Shown: positions 18,824-29,712, counted from the stretch's first letter. The stretch: 64,000 nt of DNA from Minisyncoccia bacterium (GCA_041740795.1 JBGSLH010000008.1:15860-79859), one strand, 5' to 3'. Notes: generated from the letters alone by a model not told the origin. Made by a program: numbers and translations.

Positions 18824-18887
18824 TGAACATTATTATGTAATTAGAATGCTCTAATTGTGTTGCTTTGTTTTAATATATAATTTATAT

Positions 18888-19079
18888 ATGAAAAAATATC
18901 ATTCAATTAAAAACATGACCACGTCGGATTGGGGTAAGGCTGCTTTGACTGGTTTATTAGCAGGTCTTGTTCCTCGTTATGACATAGGAGAAATTTGGAT
19001 TGTACTTCTTAACACTGCAACACTATTGGGACTCATGTCTCTTTTTATTTGGATTTACAGGAAAATTAAAAAGATATAA
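18888..19079 (+). CDS. small membrane protein
   Basis: Two hydrophobic segments; TATAAT just upstream. Confidence 0.55.
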   Translation: MKKYHSIKNMTTSDWGKAALTGLLAGLVPRYDIGEIWIVLLNTATLLGLMSLFIWIYRKIKKI

Positions 19080-19139
19080 AGCTATTTCATCTGCTTTAGT
19101 CATATAGAGTTTCACTACAAAATATTCCATAATTGGAAT

Positions 19140-20450
19140 ATGAATGAAAAAAATAAATATTGTATATATGCACGTAAATCAATGGAAGCTGAAGAACGTC
19201 AGGCAATTTCTATTGACTCACAATTAAATGAAATGAAGAATATTGTTGAACGTGAAAGCTTATCAGTTGTGGAAATAAAATCAGAATCTCACTCTGCAAA
19301 GTATTCTGGAGCCAGACCAATCTTTGCAGAAATGATGAATGATATAGAAGAGGAAAAATACAATTCTATACTTACTTGGAATCCAGATAGATTAAGTCGT
19401 AATGCAGGCGATCTTGGTTTATTAGTCGATCTAATGGATAAGGGTAAATTATTAGAGATAAGGACTTATGGACAAGTCTTTAGTAATTCACCAAATGATA
19501 AGTTCTTATTGATGATTTTGTGCTCTCAGGCAAAGCTAGAAAATGATAATAAAGGTATAAATGTTAAAAGAGGATTAAGGACTAAGGCAGAAATGGGCCA
19601 GTGGCCGTGCTCATGTGCTCCTATAGGGTATTTAAAATCAAATAAGGTAAATGAGGGTGGAATTGTATTTGTTGATGAAAAAAGAGCTAAGATAATTAGA
19701 AAATCTTTTAGAAAAATCGCTTATGAGAATATCTCAATTTATGACTTAGTTAAGTGGCTAAAAGAAATAAACTTTATTCATCACACAGGTAAACATGTTG
19801 GTTACAGTATCACTCAAGCAATGATACATAATCATTTTTATTACGGTAGATTTGAATTCCCTAAGAAATCTGGGATTTGGTATAAAGGAGCTCATAAACC
19901 GATTATTACCAAAAAACTATTTAATGATGCACAAGAAGCAATTGCACAGTGTGAAAGAAAAAAGAAATATAGATTATCCAAGACAGCACCTTTTGCTTTT
20001 TTGAAAATGATTCGTTGTGGTAATTGTGGGTCAATTATATCTGCACAGGAGAAATATAAAATATTAAAAGGTAAAGGAGGAGAAGTTGTGTATAGGTATT
20101 ATACTTGCAGTCGTAGCAGAAATAGAGATTGTAGAGAAAGAATTATTAATGAAGAAACTCTTATGAAGGAGTTGTATAAAATTCTCGATAAGGTCGAAAT
20201 TGATTTAATAGGAATGAAAGACTTTTTAGATTCAGAGATAGAAAGATTTTATAAAATTCAATCTTTCATTGATAAAAAAGAACATAAGAAAAGGAATAAT
20301 CATAAAAAAGAATATGATTTGCGAAAGTACGCAAAAACTATTTTTCAAGAGGGTCGAATAGATGAAAAAAGGGAGATACTGAAAAATCTAAAAGGTAGAT
20401 TAATTTTAAAAGATAAGAGGGTATATTTAGACAAAGTTCCAGATATTTAG
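19140..20450 (+). CDS. large serine recombinase (resolvase + recombinase + Zn-ribbon)
   Basis: YARKS catalytic Ser, DRLSRN, PIGY, HKPII, CGNCG...YYTC. Confidence 0.92.
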   Translation: MNEKNKYCIYARKSMEAEERQAISIDSQLNEMKNIVERESLSVVEIKSESHSAKYSGARPIFAEMMNDIEEEKYNSILTWNPDRLSRNAGDLGLLVDLMDKGKLLEIRTYGQVFSNSPNDKFLLMILCSQAKLENDNKGINVKRGLRTKAEMGQWPCSCAPIGYLKSNKVNEGGIVFVDEKRAKIIRKSFRKIAYENISIYDLVKWLKEINFIHHTGKHVGYSITQAMIHNHFYYGRFEFPKKSGIWYKGAHKPIITKKLFNDAQEAIAQCERKKKYRLSKTAPFAFLKMIRCGNCGSIISAQEKYKILKGKGGEVVYRYYTCSRSRNRDCRERIINEETLMKELYKILDKVEIDLIGMKDFLDSEIERFYKIQSFIDKKEHKKRNNHKKEYDLRKYAKTIFQEGRIDEKREILKNLKGRLILKDKRVYLDKVPDI

Positions 20451-20493
20451 ACTGTAGATTGTGTTGTAGTATAAAACAACAAATAGTGTTAGG

Positions 20494-20709
20494 ATGAGTA
20501 TTATGAAAGAAGATACTAGAAAACTTGGTGATAATCTTAAAACAATTAGGATTAAAAAGAATATTACTCAAATTGAGATAGCTAAGAAATTAGGGAAAGA
20601 TCGTTCTTTTGTTAGTAATATCGAAAACGCAAAAACCAACCCAACTCTTTCAACTATTACTAATCTTGCTAAGGTTTTAGGTGTTTCAGCTAATGAATTA
20701 TTAAAATAA
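20494..20709 (+). CDS. XRE-family HTH regulator
   Basis: LGDNLKTIR, TQIEIA, SFVSNIEN, NPTLSTI. Confidence 0.9.
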   Translation: MSIMKEDTRKLGDNLKTIRIKKNITQIEIAKKLGKDRSFVSNIENAKTNPTLSTITNLAKVLGVSANELLK

Positions 20710-20710
20710 T

Positions 20711-23700
20711 ATGCAAAAAGGAATAGACAATGGTATAAAACTATTTGAATATTTAGAAAAACTATCTCTGCTTAATACTAATATAAGAAGTAATGTAAAG
20801 AATTTATCTAAGGAAGAAGAAGAATTTAATTTAGAAGATAAAAACTTTTTGCCTATATTAGATAAAGTGTTTCTGAAAAATAGAGATTTAGAATTAGAAA
20901 AACCAGAAGATTTATTTTTATCAATTGAAAGATATAAAATTGAAAAACCTCCAAAATTGCCGAAAGAACTTGAAAAATGGATTGATTTTGAATCTATCAG
21001 TTTTATTAAACCAGAACCTAGAGAATTTTTGGTTTCGGTAGAGAAATTTAGTGATAATTCAGAAAGAGAAAATGCTTTTGAATCAATTGACTTAAATTCA
21101 AAAAAAGTCGATCCGATAATTAAAGATTGGGTTACAAAAACAGATAATGACACCTATGAAATGATCATAGAGAAGCCCAATAAAGCTTATTTTAAAGATT
21201 ATCCTGAATTACATAAATTATATAAAGATTGGATTGAATTAAAATGGGAGAAATGGAAAGAAAAAAATAATGAATATTTTATATCAAATCAAGCATATGA
21301 TAGATTTTATTCTCTTAGGTCTTTCTTAAAAACCGAATCAGATAGCTATGATCTTCTGTGGGCACATGATATTTTGACTTGGAAAAAAAACAGTAAAGAG
21401 GTTTATCATCCTACTATATTTACCCCTGTTGTTTTGGAGTTTGATCCTGATAGAAATATAATATCAATAAAAACAGAACAAAATTCAAAGACATTTTTTG
21501 ATGTTTCTTTTGTAAGAGAATCTATGGATGAAAATAGTACAAATCTAGCAGATATTGATTCTTTAGCTGAAAGAATCAATAAGAAAATTATTGAGGGAGA
21601 TTTTAATGTTTGGGATTATAAGATGATACATAAATACCTACAACAATTAGTTCATTATATATCCCCAGATGGTGAGTCTAGATATAAGGATAGAGGTTTA
21701 GATATACAGGTAACTGCACACCCGATTTCATTCAATAGTCATCATTTATTTTTACTGAAAAAAAGCGGAAAAAGTTGGGCAGATTATGCAAAAAAAATAC
21801 AAGAAGATATCGCTAAGAATAAAAAATTGACTCCCTTTTTAGAGGATCTAATTTTTGATGATGAGAAAAAAATAGACGAAACAGATAAAGAAGTCGAAAA
21901 AAACGATTCTGGTTCAGATGAAATAACAGATGGAGAACTTTATTTTCCTTTACCATATAATGATGAACAAAAAAGAATTGCAAATCAAATTGAATCAAAT
22001 TATGGTTCAGTTGTACAAGGTCCTCCTGGAACTGGAAAAACTCATACAATTGCAAACTTGATATCAAGATTTCTTGCATTAGGTAAAACTGTATTAGTTA
22101 CATCTCAAACAGGACAAGCTCTCTCTGTTTTGAAAAATAAGATCCCAAGTGAAATAAGAAGCATGGTTGTTTCTCAAGTCGAGTCTGATTCTAGAAATAA
22201 TGACTTGCAATCTTCTGTATCAGAAATAAATACAATGTTGTCAGACAATATTAGATTTACTGATGATAAAAGAGAAAAAGTAGAAAAAGATGTTCAGATC
22301 GTGAGAGAAAAAATTGCTCAAAAAAATAATGAATTTGAAAAAAAATCTTTATTAGATTCGAGAGAAGAAAAAACGATTGAATCTGAAAAGTTTTCTCCTA
22401 TTACTGCTGCAAAATATGTAACCTCATTTATTAATAATGATAAATTTAAAATCTTAGATGAAATAAATCACAATAGGGAATTACCAGTCTCTCAGTTACA
22501 GATTGATAATTACATATCAATATTAAGAAATTCAGATAATGAAATTTGGGATTTTGTAAAATTGGATACAATCCCTACGTTAGAACATCTTCCAAGAATT
22601 GAAACTTTAGAGAGGTTGTTTGAACTGAAGAATGATTTAGATAAGGCAGAAATTAAATTATTTAAAGAATATGTGCCAGATATAGAAGAATTAGAAAAAC
22701 TTAATGACGTTGAGCAGTATATAGAGGAATATAATTTAAATCTAGAAAAAAGTAAATCGTTTAAAGATTTTTTGAAAGAGACAGAGTTCTTTAAAAGAAA
22801 TGAAATTACAGAAGATGAAATTTTTGATAAAAAAAAAGAAGATATTATTTTTGAGATTCATGATTTATTAAAAAAAACAAAAGAGACATTGATGTCATTT
22901 GGCGAGGAATATGAAAAAGAGCTTTTTAATATTATAAAAAGTGATGGACAAAGAAGAAAATGGGAAACTGCCATATCTAAAATAAAAGAAATGCTTAGTA
23001 TGTACGAGGAATTTGATAGTCTTGTGTTAGGTAAAAAGATAGAGGTTTCTAAAGACTATAATGTTAATTTTGTTTTAACTTTAGATATTATTTCAAAACT
23101 ATCTGAACAAGCAGTAAATAATGGAGATAGAGTAAAAAAGGGCATAGGATTATTATTTGATCAGGGTGCAAGAAAAATTATTAAAAATATAAAGATTAAT
23201 AATAAAGAAATAAATACCTATGATGATATGCTGGTATTGAATGCATATTTTTCAAAAATTAAGATAGAAGACGATTTAAGAAATATTTGGGAACAGACTT
23301 TTCAGGTAATGGTTAACAAGAAGACTTTTTCTGATCCATTTAATGTTGTTGATTTTGAAAGTTCTCTGTCTTCTATTGATAGAATTGTTTCTTTTGAAAA
23401 TTTCAATTCCAAACTAAAAAAAGATTTAGAGAATCTCAGCTTATTCGAAGATATTAATATATCTAGCTTACATTTTGTAGAGGAAGCAATTAATATTTTT
23501 AGTAATTTTATATCAGTATTCAGAACTGAAGAATATAGTAATCTTATTGACAGTGTTGCTGAAGATTTAAAAAGAGACAATTCACATCAAAAAACACTGT
23601 TACTTTCAAAGCAAATAAAAGTAATGGATATTGAAAATATAAGGCCTTTAAAAGAGGAATTAAAGGATTTAAACAAGAGAAAAGAATTATCAGTAGAATA

Positions 23701-25600
23701 TTCAAAACTATATGAAGATGTGTTTTCTACTGAAATGAAAAAAATTAAATCTAATAAAAATAATCATAGAGATGTAATATTGTATATTCAAAATATTGAA
23801 GAGGGTAATGCTGAAGATATAAAAAAGTTCTATAAAACAATTCCAGATCTTATTGATAAGCAAAACAAATCTGTAGAAATAAAGTTGATAGAAGATTCTT
23901 TGAAAAATGATATCCCTAAAACCATAGATGAAATTAAAACTTCAATAAAAAAAGATATATTAATTAACTTTGATATAAAAGAAAGTTGGAAGTGTGGAAG
24001 ATTAATCAGTTGGCTTGATGAATTACATTCTGGAAACTCTGTTACTCAAATTAGTAAGGAATTATATATACTAAAAAATCAGGAGAGAGATTTAGTAAAA
24101 AAGTTAGTCGAAGTTTCCTCTTGGATACATCTTAAGAAAAGAGTTACTAAAAAACAGAAGGAGGCTTTGGCATCATTCGCGCTGAGTATGAAAAAATATG
24201 GTAAAGGTATGGGTAAATATGCTTCAAAACACCTTAAGGATGCTAAGGATGCTCTTGAAATAGGAAAAGACGCTGTCCCTGTTTGGATTATGCCAATTAA
24301 CACAATTCATCAGCTATTTCCGAATCCTGAATCTGGAATGTTTGATATTGTTATTTTTGATGAGGCTAGTCAGGTAGATACGAGAGGTTTAAATATCGCA
24401 TACATAGGTGAAAAACTTCTTGTAGTTGGAGATGATGAGCAGGTTAGTCCAACGTCTTTTACAACACAAAGTAAGGTTACAGATTTGATAACACGATACA
24501 TATCTGACGTACCAAATAGCCATCATTTCTCTAATACCTCTAGTCTTTTTGATATTTCTAAAATAAAAATGACTGACATTATAACTCTGACAGAGCACTT
24601 TAGATCTATAGAAGAAATAATTGGTTTTAGTAATGCATTATCCTATAACGGTAAATTGAAAGTCTTAAGAGATCAGCTTCCTGAATATAGATTAGACCCT
24701 GTCTTAGAGCCTATTTTTGTAGATAATGGCTTTGAAGAAACTAATGCTCAGGTCAATAAACCAGAAGCTGAAGCAATAGTAAGTAAATTAAAGGAAATGC
24801 TTCAGGATGAGAAATATAATGAAACAGATGAAGATGGTAAAACAAGACCAATGACTTTCGGTGTTATTTCTTTGCTTGGTAAAGAACAATCCAAACTTAT
24901 AATGAAATTAATTAGTGAGAATATCTCCTCTAAAGAAATTGAAAAGAGAGAAATTAATTGTGGAGACCCTTACGTATTTCAAGGGGATGAAAGAGATATT
25001 ATATTGATATCAATGGTTAAGGCGCCATCATTGAGTGATTCAAGTAAAAATATTTCTCCTTATACTGTATCTAAAAAAGAATATAAGCAAAGAGTTAACG
25101 TGGCCATGTCTAGAGCAAAAAATAAAATGGTTCTTTTTCACTCAATACCAAAAGATAAGTTATCTAACCCAGATGATTTAAGAAAGCAAATTTTAGATTG
25201 GTTTTATAATCATAAAACCGAAGAGAGAAAAGCAGGACTTCAAATGATTAGAGAAGAAGTTGAAAGGGGTAGGGCATCAGAATTTGAATACGATGTTGCA
25301 GAAATAATAATCAATAAAGGATATAAAGTAATCCCTCAGTATGAGGTTGCAGGATATAGAATAGATTTAGTTGTTCAAGGAGAAAAATCAAAACTTGCTG
25401 TAGAATGTGATGGAGATAAATATCATAATCAGTTTGATAAATGGCACGAGGATATGGAAAGGCAACAAATTTTAGAAAGATCGGGCTGGACATTTTGGAG
25501 ATTGTCTGGAAGTTCTTTCTATAAACATAAAGAGTTGGCTCTAGATAGTTTGTGGAAAAAGTTGGATGAAATGAACATTAATCCGTCGTTAGGTAATTAA
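20711..25600 (+). CDS. SF1 (UPF1/DNA2-like) helicase with C-terminal Vsr/DUF559-like nuclease; probable defence protein
   Basis: QGPPGTGKT, FDEASQ, VGDDEQ, LTEHFRS, FQGDERD, RVNVAMSRAK; YRIDLVV..AVECDG..H. Confidence 0.85.
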   Translation: MQKGIDNGIKLFEYLEKLSLLNTNIRSNVKNLSKEEEEFNLEDKNFLPILDKVFLKNRDLELEKPEDLFLSIERYKIEKPPKLPKELEKWIDFESISFIKPEPREFLVSVEKFSDNSERENAFESIDLNSKKVDPIIKDWVTKTDNDTYEMIIEKPNKAYFKDYPELHKLYKDWIELKWEKWKEKNNEYFISNQAYDRFYSLRSFLKTESDSYDLLWAHDILTWKKNSKEVYHPTIFTPVVLEFDPDRNIISIKTEQNSKTFFDVSFVRESMDENSTNLADIDSLAERINKKIIEGDFNVWDYKMIHKYLQQLVHYISPDGESRYKDRGLDIQVTAHPISFNSHHLFLLKKSGKSWADYAKKIQEDIAKNKKLTPFLEDLIFDDEKKIDETDKEVEKNDSGSDEITDGELYFPLPYNDEQKRIANQIESNYGSVVQGPPGTGKTHTIANLISRFLALGKTVLVTSQTGQALSVLKNKIPSEIRSMVVSQVESDSRNNDLQSSVSEINTMLSDNIRFTDDKREKVEKDVQIVREKIAQKNNEFEKKSLLDSREEKTIESEKFSPITAAKYVTSFINNDKFKILDEINHNRELPVSQLQIDNYISILRNSDNEIWDFVKLDTIPTLEHLPRIETLERLFELKNDLDKAEIKLFKEYVPDIEELEKLNDVEQYIEEYNLNLEKSKSFKDFLKETEFFKRNEITEDEIFDKKKEDIIFEIHDLLKKTKETLMSFGEEYEKELFNIIKSDGQRRKWETAISKIKEMLSMYEEFDSLVLGKKIEVSKDYNVNFVLTLDIISKLSEQAVNNGDRVKKGIGLLFDQGARKIIKNIKINNKEINTYDDMLVLNAYFSKIKIEDDLRNIWEQTFQVMVNKKTFSDPFNVVDFESSLSSIDRIVSFENFNSKLKKDLENLSLFEDINISSLHFVEEAINIFSNFISVFRTEEYSNLIDSVAEDLKRDNSHQKTLLLSKQIKVMDIENIRPLKEELKDLNKRKELSVEYSKLYEDVFSTEMKKIKSNKNNHRDVILYIQNIEEGNAEDIKKFYKTIPDLIDKQNKSVEIKLIEDSLKNDIPKTIDEIKTSIKKDILINFDIKESWKCGRLISWLDELHSGNSVTQISKELYILKNQERDLVKKLVEVSSWIHLKKRVTKKQKEALASFALSMKKYGKGMGKYASKHLKDAKDALEIGKDAVPVWIMPINTIHQLFPNPESGMFDIVIFDEASQVDTRGLNIAYIGEKLLVVGDDEQVSPTSFTTQSKVTDLITRYISDVPNSHHFSNTSSLFDISKIKMTDIITLTEHFRSIEEIIGFSNALSYNGKLKVLRDQLPEYRLDPVLEPIFVDNGFEETNAQVNKPEAEAIVSKLKEMLQDEKYNETDEDGKTRPMTFGVISLLGKEQSKLIMKLISENISSKEIEKREINCGDPYVFQGDERDIILISMVKAPSLSDSSKNISPYTVSKKEYKQRVNVAMSRAKNKMVLFHSIPKDKLSNPDDLRKQILDWFYNHKTEERKAGLQMIREEVERGRASEFEYDVAEIIINKGYKVIPQYEVAGYRIDLVVQGEKSKLAVECDGDKYHNQFDKWHEDMERQQILERSGWTFWRLSGSSFYKHKELALDSLWKKLDEMNINPSLGN

Positions 25601-25609
25601 TATTAAAAC

Positions 25610-26542
25610 ATGTCTTTTTTAAATAAATTAATAAAAATATTAGAACAAAATAATAAAAAAAGTGTTTTAAAAACGAAAACACCTGAAAACCATTCTGGCG
25701 ATATAGGGGTTTTCACTGCTGATAATGATAAAGATTTTAAATTACTACTATCTTTGTATAAGAAAAATAAAGAAGATGAAATTGATATAAAGTTTGTTGT
25801 TAAAACAGAAAGTCCACAAGCGACGGAACACATCTGTCCATATTGTAAGACCGTCCATGAATTTAAGGCTAGTCGAGCAAGAAAATGTCCAAACTGCTCT
25901 AATAAAATGGTTGTTAGACAAGGACTTTTTGTTACAGAAGATCAAGCTGAAAATATAGAAAAAAAGATTAGTGAATTTTATAATAAACAAGGGATTATTA
26001 GTCAGGTAGGATTTTCATTAGAATCCGCACAAGACCATAAGATTAATAAAGATAAGATTTATTACTACCGTTCCTTAGGTGAATCTTTTAGGTTTATGGC
26101 ACAGATAGAAAATAAAAAAGATGAAAAAGGATTTTCTTTTTGGGATAAAGCTTGGGGTTATTATAATAATGCAAGACTTCAAGAGATGAAAACACTAAGA
26201 AAAGACAGAATGGAATTCAGTTCCTTGCCTGATATTTTTTGGGATATGTCTAAAATGTTATTAGACCAAGGTAATCATGAAGATAGTGAAAAATATAAAA
26301 AACAAGCCCTCACACAAGCATGTATGACTATCGGTGAATCAATAAGATTAGGGGCTGAATTATATTTTATTACAGATATATATGAATTCTCAAAAAAAAT
26401 AATAAATGATTTATCTATTGATGAAGAAGAATTTTTGAATATAGCTGAAAAAGCTTCAGAGAGCATGAGATTAAGTGGTTCTGGTCTTTCAAAATATAAT
26501 AAAAAAATCAAAGAATTAAGCGAATATGAGGTTATTCAATAA
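25610..26542 (+). CDS. hypothetical protein with Zn-ribbon
   Basis: CPYC...CPNC; 9 nt after the helicase. Confidence 0.75.
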   Translation: MSFLNKLIKILEQNNKKSVLKTKTPENHSGDIGVFTADNDKDFKLLLSLYKKNKEDEIDIKFVVKTESPQATEHICPYCKTVHEFKASRARKCPNCSNKMVVRQGLFVTEDQAENIEKKISEFYNKQGIISQVGFSLESAQDHKINKDKIYYYRSLGESFRFMAQIENKKDEKGFSFWDKAWGYYNNARLQEMKTLRKDRMEFSSLPDIFWDMSKMLLDQGNHEDSEKYKKQALTQACMTIGESIRLGAELYFITDIYEFSKKIINDLSIDEEEFLNIAEKASESMRLSGSGLSKYNKKIKELSEYEVIQ

Positions 26543-27851
26543 TTATTTCTTTGTATTTTAAAATAATCCTGCCATTTAAATATTCAAGTAACTTTCTTTT
26601 TTCTTCTATTTCGCCCTCTTTCAAAATAAACTTAGCATAATCCCTAATATCAACATCTTGAACTTCAATTTCTTGAGTTAATCCCAATAGAGATTGATTA
26701 AATTTCTTTATTCTTTCAACTTCTGATTCTATCTTGCTTTTCATTCCAATTTCATCAATATTGATTTTATCTAAGAGCTTTTCAAATTGTTTGATTAATT
26801 CAACTTCATTGATGTATCCACATTTGCAATTTTTATCTCTTACTTTGGAACATCCGTAATAAATGTGTTTATTAACTGAACCATTTGCAAGTTTCTTAAA
26901 TTTTTCATCGGCAGATATTCCTGAGCCACACAACCCACATGTCATCATTTTGGTAAAGGCAAACTCTTTTGATTCTTGAGTTCGTATTGAGTGACTTTTT
27001 ATCTGTTCCTGAACTTGATTAAATAACTCTTGGGTGATTAAGGGTTCATGTTTTCCTTTGTAGAAGTTTCCACTTTTCTTGGGATATTCAAATACTCCAT
27101 AATAGAAAGGGTTTTGAAGTAGTAGATAGATATTCCCAAGGGCTAATCCTTTATTTCCTTTTGCTGTTTTAAAGTTGAGGTCAAATTTAAGCCAATGGTA
27201 TATTTTTCTTCCTGACCATTTTTCATATGCTACTTTTTCAAACATTTGTTTTACGATATGTGCTCGTTCAGGATCTAAAATAACTTCACACTTTCTATCC
27301 ATTCGTTTTTCATTTAAGTATCCAACTAGGGCAGGGCCAGGCCGTAATCCCATTTCACATCTTGTTCTTAATCCACGTTTTACATTGATACTTTTATTAT
27401 CGTTCTCAAGTTTTGCTTGAGAACAGAGAATCATTAAAAGGAACTTTTCGTTAGGGGAGTTTTGAAATGATTGTCCATATGTTTTTATTTGAATTAATTT
27501 TTTCTCGTCCATTAGGTCGACAACTGAACCAAGGTCACCAGCATTTCTCGATAATCTATCTGGTGCCCAAGTAAGTATCCCATTATATCTATCTCTCCGT
27601 ATGTCTTCTAAAAGTTCTCTAAATACTGGTCGTCCACCTGATTCCTTTGCTGAATGTGATTCTCTTCGAATATCTACAATTTCAAGACCGTCACGCTCTG
27701 CGATTGATAACATCTCCTTAACCTGTGATTCAATTGATAATGCTTGTTTTTCATCGGATTCGGTTGATTTTCTGGCGTAGAGGACATACCTAACCTTTAT
27801 CTGTGGTATCTCTGTCTTCACTCCTAAATTATTTGTATATTGTATTTCCAT
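26532..27851 (-). CDS. large serine recombinase (paralog of 19140-20450)
   Basis: YARKS, DRLSRNAGDLG, KFLLMILCSQAKLENDNK, CGLCG...YYGC. Confidence 0.92.
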   Translation of the reverse strand: MEIQYTNNLGVKTEIPQIKVRYVLYARKSTESDEKQALSIESQVKEMLSIAERDGLEIVDIRRESHSAKESGGRPVFRELLEDIRRDRYNGILTWAPDRLSRNAGDLGSVVDLMDEKKLIQIKTYGQSFQNSPNEKFLLMILCSQAKLENDNKSINVKRGLRTRCEMGLRPGPALVGYLNEKRMDRKCEVILDPERAHIVKQMFEKVAYEKWSGRKIYHWLKFDLNFKTAKGNKGLALGNIYLLLQNPFYYGVFEYPKKSGNFYKGKHEPLITQELFNQVQEQIKSHSIRTQESKEFAFTKMMTCGLCGSGISADEKFKKLANGSVNKHIYYGCSKVRDKNCKCGYINEVELIKQFEKLLDKINIDEIGMKSKIESEVERIKKFNQSLLGLTQEIEVQDVDIRDYAKFILKEGEIEEKRKLLEYLNGRIILKYKEIIIE

Positions 27852-27965
27852 GTATTAATTAATGACGCAATAAGAGCTATTTGCTAAGCTATGCAAAATA
27901 TGAAATATGTAGTCTACTCGTATTGATATTTATAAAGGTATATAAGTTGGTATATAATCAATACT

Positions 27966-28838
27966 ATGAATAATCTAGTAAAAAGAGTTCAAGATACGTA
28001 TCTAAAATCTCCAATCTCTTTTCAAATTATTGGGATAACAACCTTATTTTTAGTCATCGTTTTTCCAATTTATGGGATCTATAATGAAATAAAACCAAGC
28101 GATACAGAATACTCAGAGGATAGGGGTTCAGATCACGAAGACTGTAATGTTCAAGGGATTGAACTTAGAGGTGAATTATTTACATATGTTCCAAGAGACG
28201 ATGAGGGTGTCAAAGAATATGGACTTGAAGATTCGTCTGAGAGTGAAGATGTTATGTATTATCTCAAAAATGCAGAGAATGAAGATGACATCAAAGGTGT
28301 ACTCATCGAAGTTGATTCATATGGAGGATCACCAGCTGCTGCAGAAGAAATTTCAAACACAATAAAATCAATGAACAAGCCTGTAGTAGTATTTATTCGA
28401 GAAGCAGGGCTATCTGCATCATACTATGCAATTTCTCCAGCTGATTATATTTTTGCCCTCAAAAACTCTAGTATTGGAAGTATTGGTGTAACTCAATCGT
28501 ATTTAGATAATATTTCAAAGAATCAAAAAGAAGGAAATTCCTTTGTTCAATTAAGTGTGGGTAAATTTAAGGATTCAGGAAATCCAGATAAGTCACTTAA
28601 CCAAGAGGAGCGAGCTTTATTTATGAGAGATCTTAATATTATTCATGAAAACTTTATACAGGCTATTTCTGAAAATAGGAATATTCAAATTGATAAGATA
28701 AGAGATATAGCTGACGGATCTTCAGTACTAGGAGAGAAAGCAAAAGAACTCGGACTTATTGATGATATTGGGGGTTATGTTGAATCTCAGAAATACATTG
28801 AGAATTTAATAGATGAAGAAGTGTCTGTTTGCTGGTAG
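27966..28838 (+). CDS. sppA: signal peptide peptidase SppA (S49)
   Basis: VDSYGGS, SASYY, SIGSIGV, GKFKD, AKELGLID. Confidence 0.88.
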   Translation: MNNLVKRVQDTYLKSPISFQIIGITTLFLVIVFPIYGIYNEIKPSDTEYSEDRGSDHEDCNVQGIELRGELFTYVPRDDEGVKEYGLEDSSESEDVMYYLKNAENEDDIKGVLIEVDSYGGSPAAAEEISNTIKSMNKPVVVFIREAGLSASYYAISPADYIFALKNSSIGSIGVTQSYLDNISKNQKEGNSFVQLSVGKFKDSGNPDKSLNQEERALFMRDLNIIHENFIQAISENRNIQIDKIRDIADGSSVLGEKAKELGLIDDIGGYVESQKYIENLIDEEVSVCW

Positions 28839-28864
28839 ATTTTACTTAATGTTACAATAAAAAT

Positions 28865-29320
28865 ATGGAAAAAAATAAACAAAAAACAGGATTAAGTGAT
28901 GGAAATAGAAAATTTATTGTCTTCGTTTCTTTTGTTCTTTTGTTTATATATGCACCACTGTTTCCTGATAATATTATTATTAGAAGCTTAATCTTTTTCG
29001 GGACGCCTGTATCGATCTGGTTGTTTTTAAAGTATCAGGGAAAAGATTGGTCAATGAATAAGATGGATAATGATACTTTAACAAGTGTGATGTTCGGTAT
29101 AATTGCTGGAATGTTTTTACTGAGTAGTTACTCATCATTTTCTGCAAAATATCACACGGAATGCGATCAATATGCAAGGTCTGGAAAAGGGGAATATGAG
29201 TGCGTTGGAGATTATAAAACAGCTAAAGGTCCAGATAGAGGTGAAGGTATTATGAAAATATTATTTGCAGCAATTGCAATTAAACTTGCTCTTGCTAAAA
29301 AAGAGGAAGATGAATCCTAA
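28865..29320 (+). CDS. hypothetical membrane protein
   Basis: Several TM segments; extended -10 6 nt before ATG. Confidence 0.7.
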   Translation: MEKNKQKTGLSDGNRKFIVFVSFVLLFIYAPLFPDNIIIRSLIFFGTPVSIWLFLKYQGKDWSMNKMDNDTLTSVMFGIIAGMFLLSSYSSFSAKYHTECDQYARSGKGEYECVGDYKTAKGPDRGEGIMKILFAAIAIKLALAKKEEDES

Positions 29321-29486
29321 TCTAAATTTAAATTTGAATAAACTTACAAATAAAAAAGTTAAATTAACATATCTATGTAAAAAGTCTTCAGAAGAAAGTA
29401 CTTTGAGATTAGATAAAGCATTTGATATCTTATTTGAGTATGTTTTCGAGAAGATTGATGATTCAAAAAATACTAAATCACGGTAA
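29310..29486 (+). CDS. small hypothetical protein
   Basis: 58-aa ORF overlapping the previous stop. Confidence 0.45.
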   Translation: MNPNLNLNLNKLTNKKVKLTYLCKKSSEESTLRLDKAFDILFEYVFEKIDDSKNTKSR

Positions 29487-29570
29487 ACTGATTGCTTAGC
29501 AAATCCCTGATTTGCGATATAATGCAATGAGATAGTATATCTTTCGATATATTATAGAAGAATACAATTC

Positions 29571-29680
29571 AAAAAGGCCTATCAAGCATAAAGAACCCGT
29601 CATGGGGTTTTGCTTGATAGGCCGCATCAGGAAACTGGTGTGAAGGATTTCGATCCTTACCCGTGGCGGGCTTTTTGTGT
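29571..29680 (+). ncRNA. putative structured leader or ncRNA
   Basis: GGCCTATCAAGCA/TGCTTGATAGGCC 13-bp stem, GAAA- and TTCG-capped hairpins, final hairpin with T-tract. Confidence 0.45.
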
Positions 29681-29712
29681 ATTCAATTAATAATTAAGAC
29701 CTATCAAGTAAA

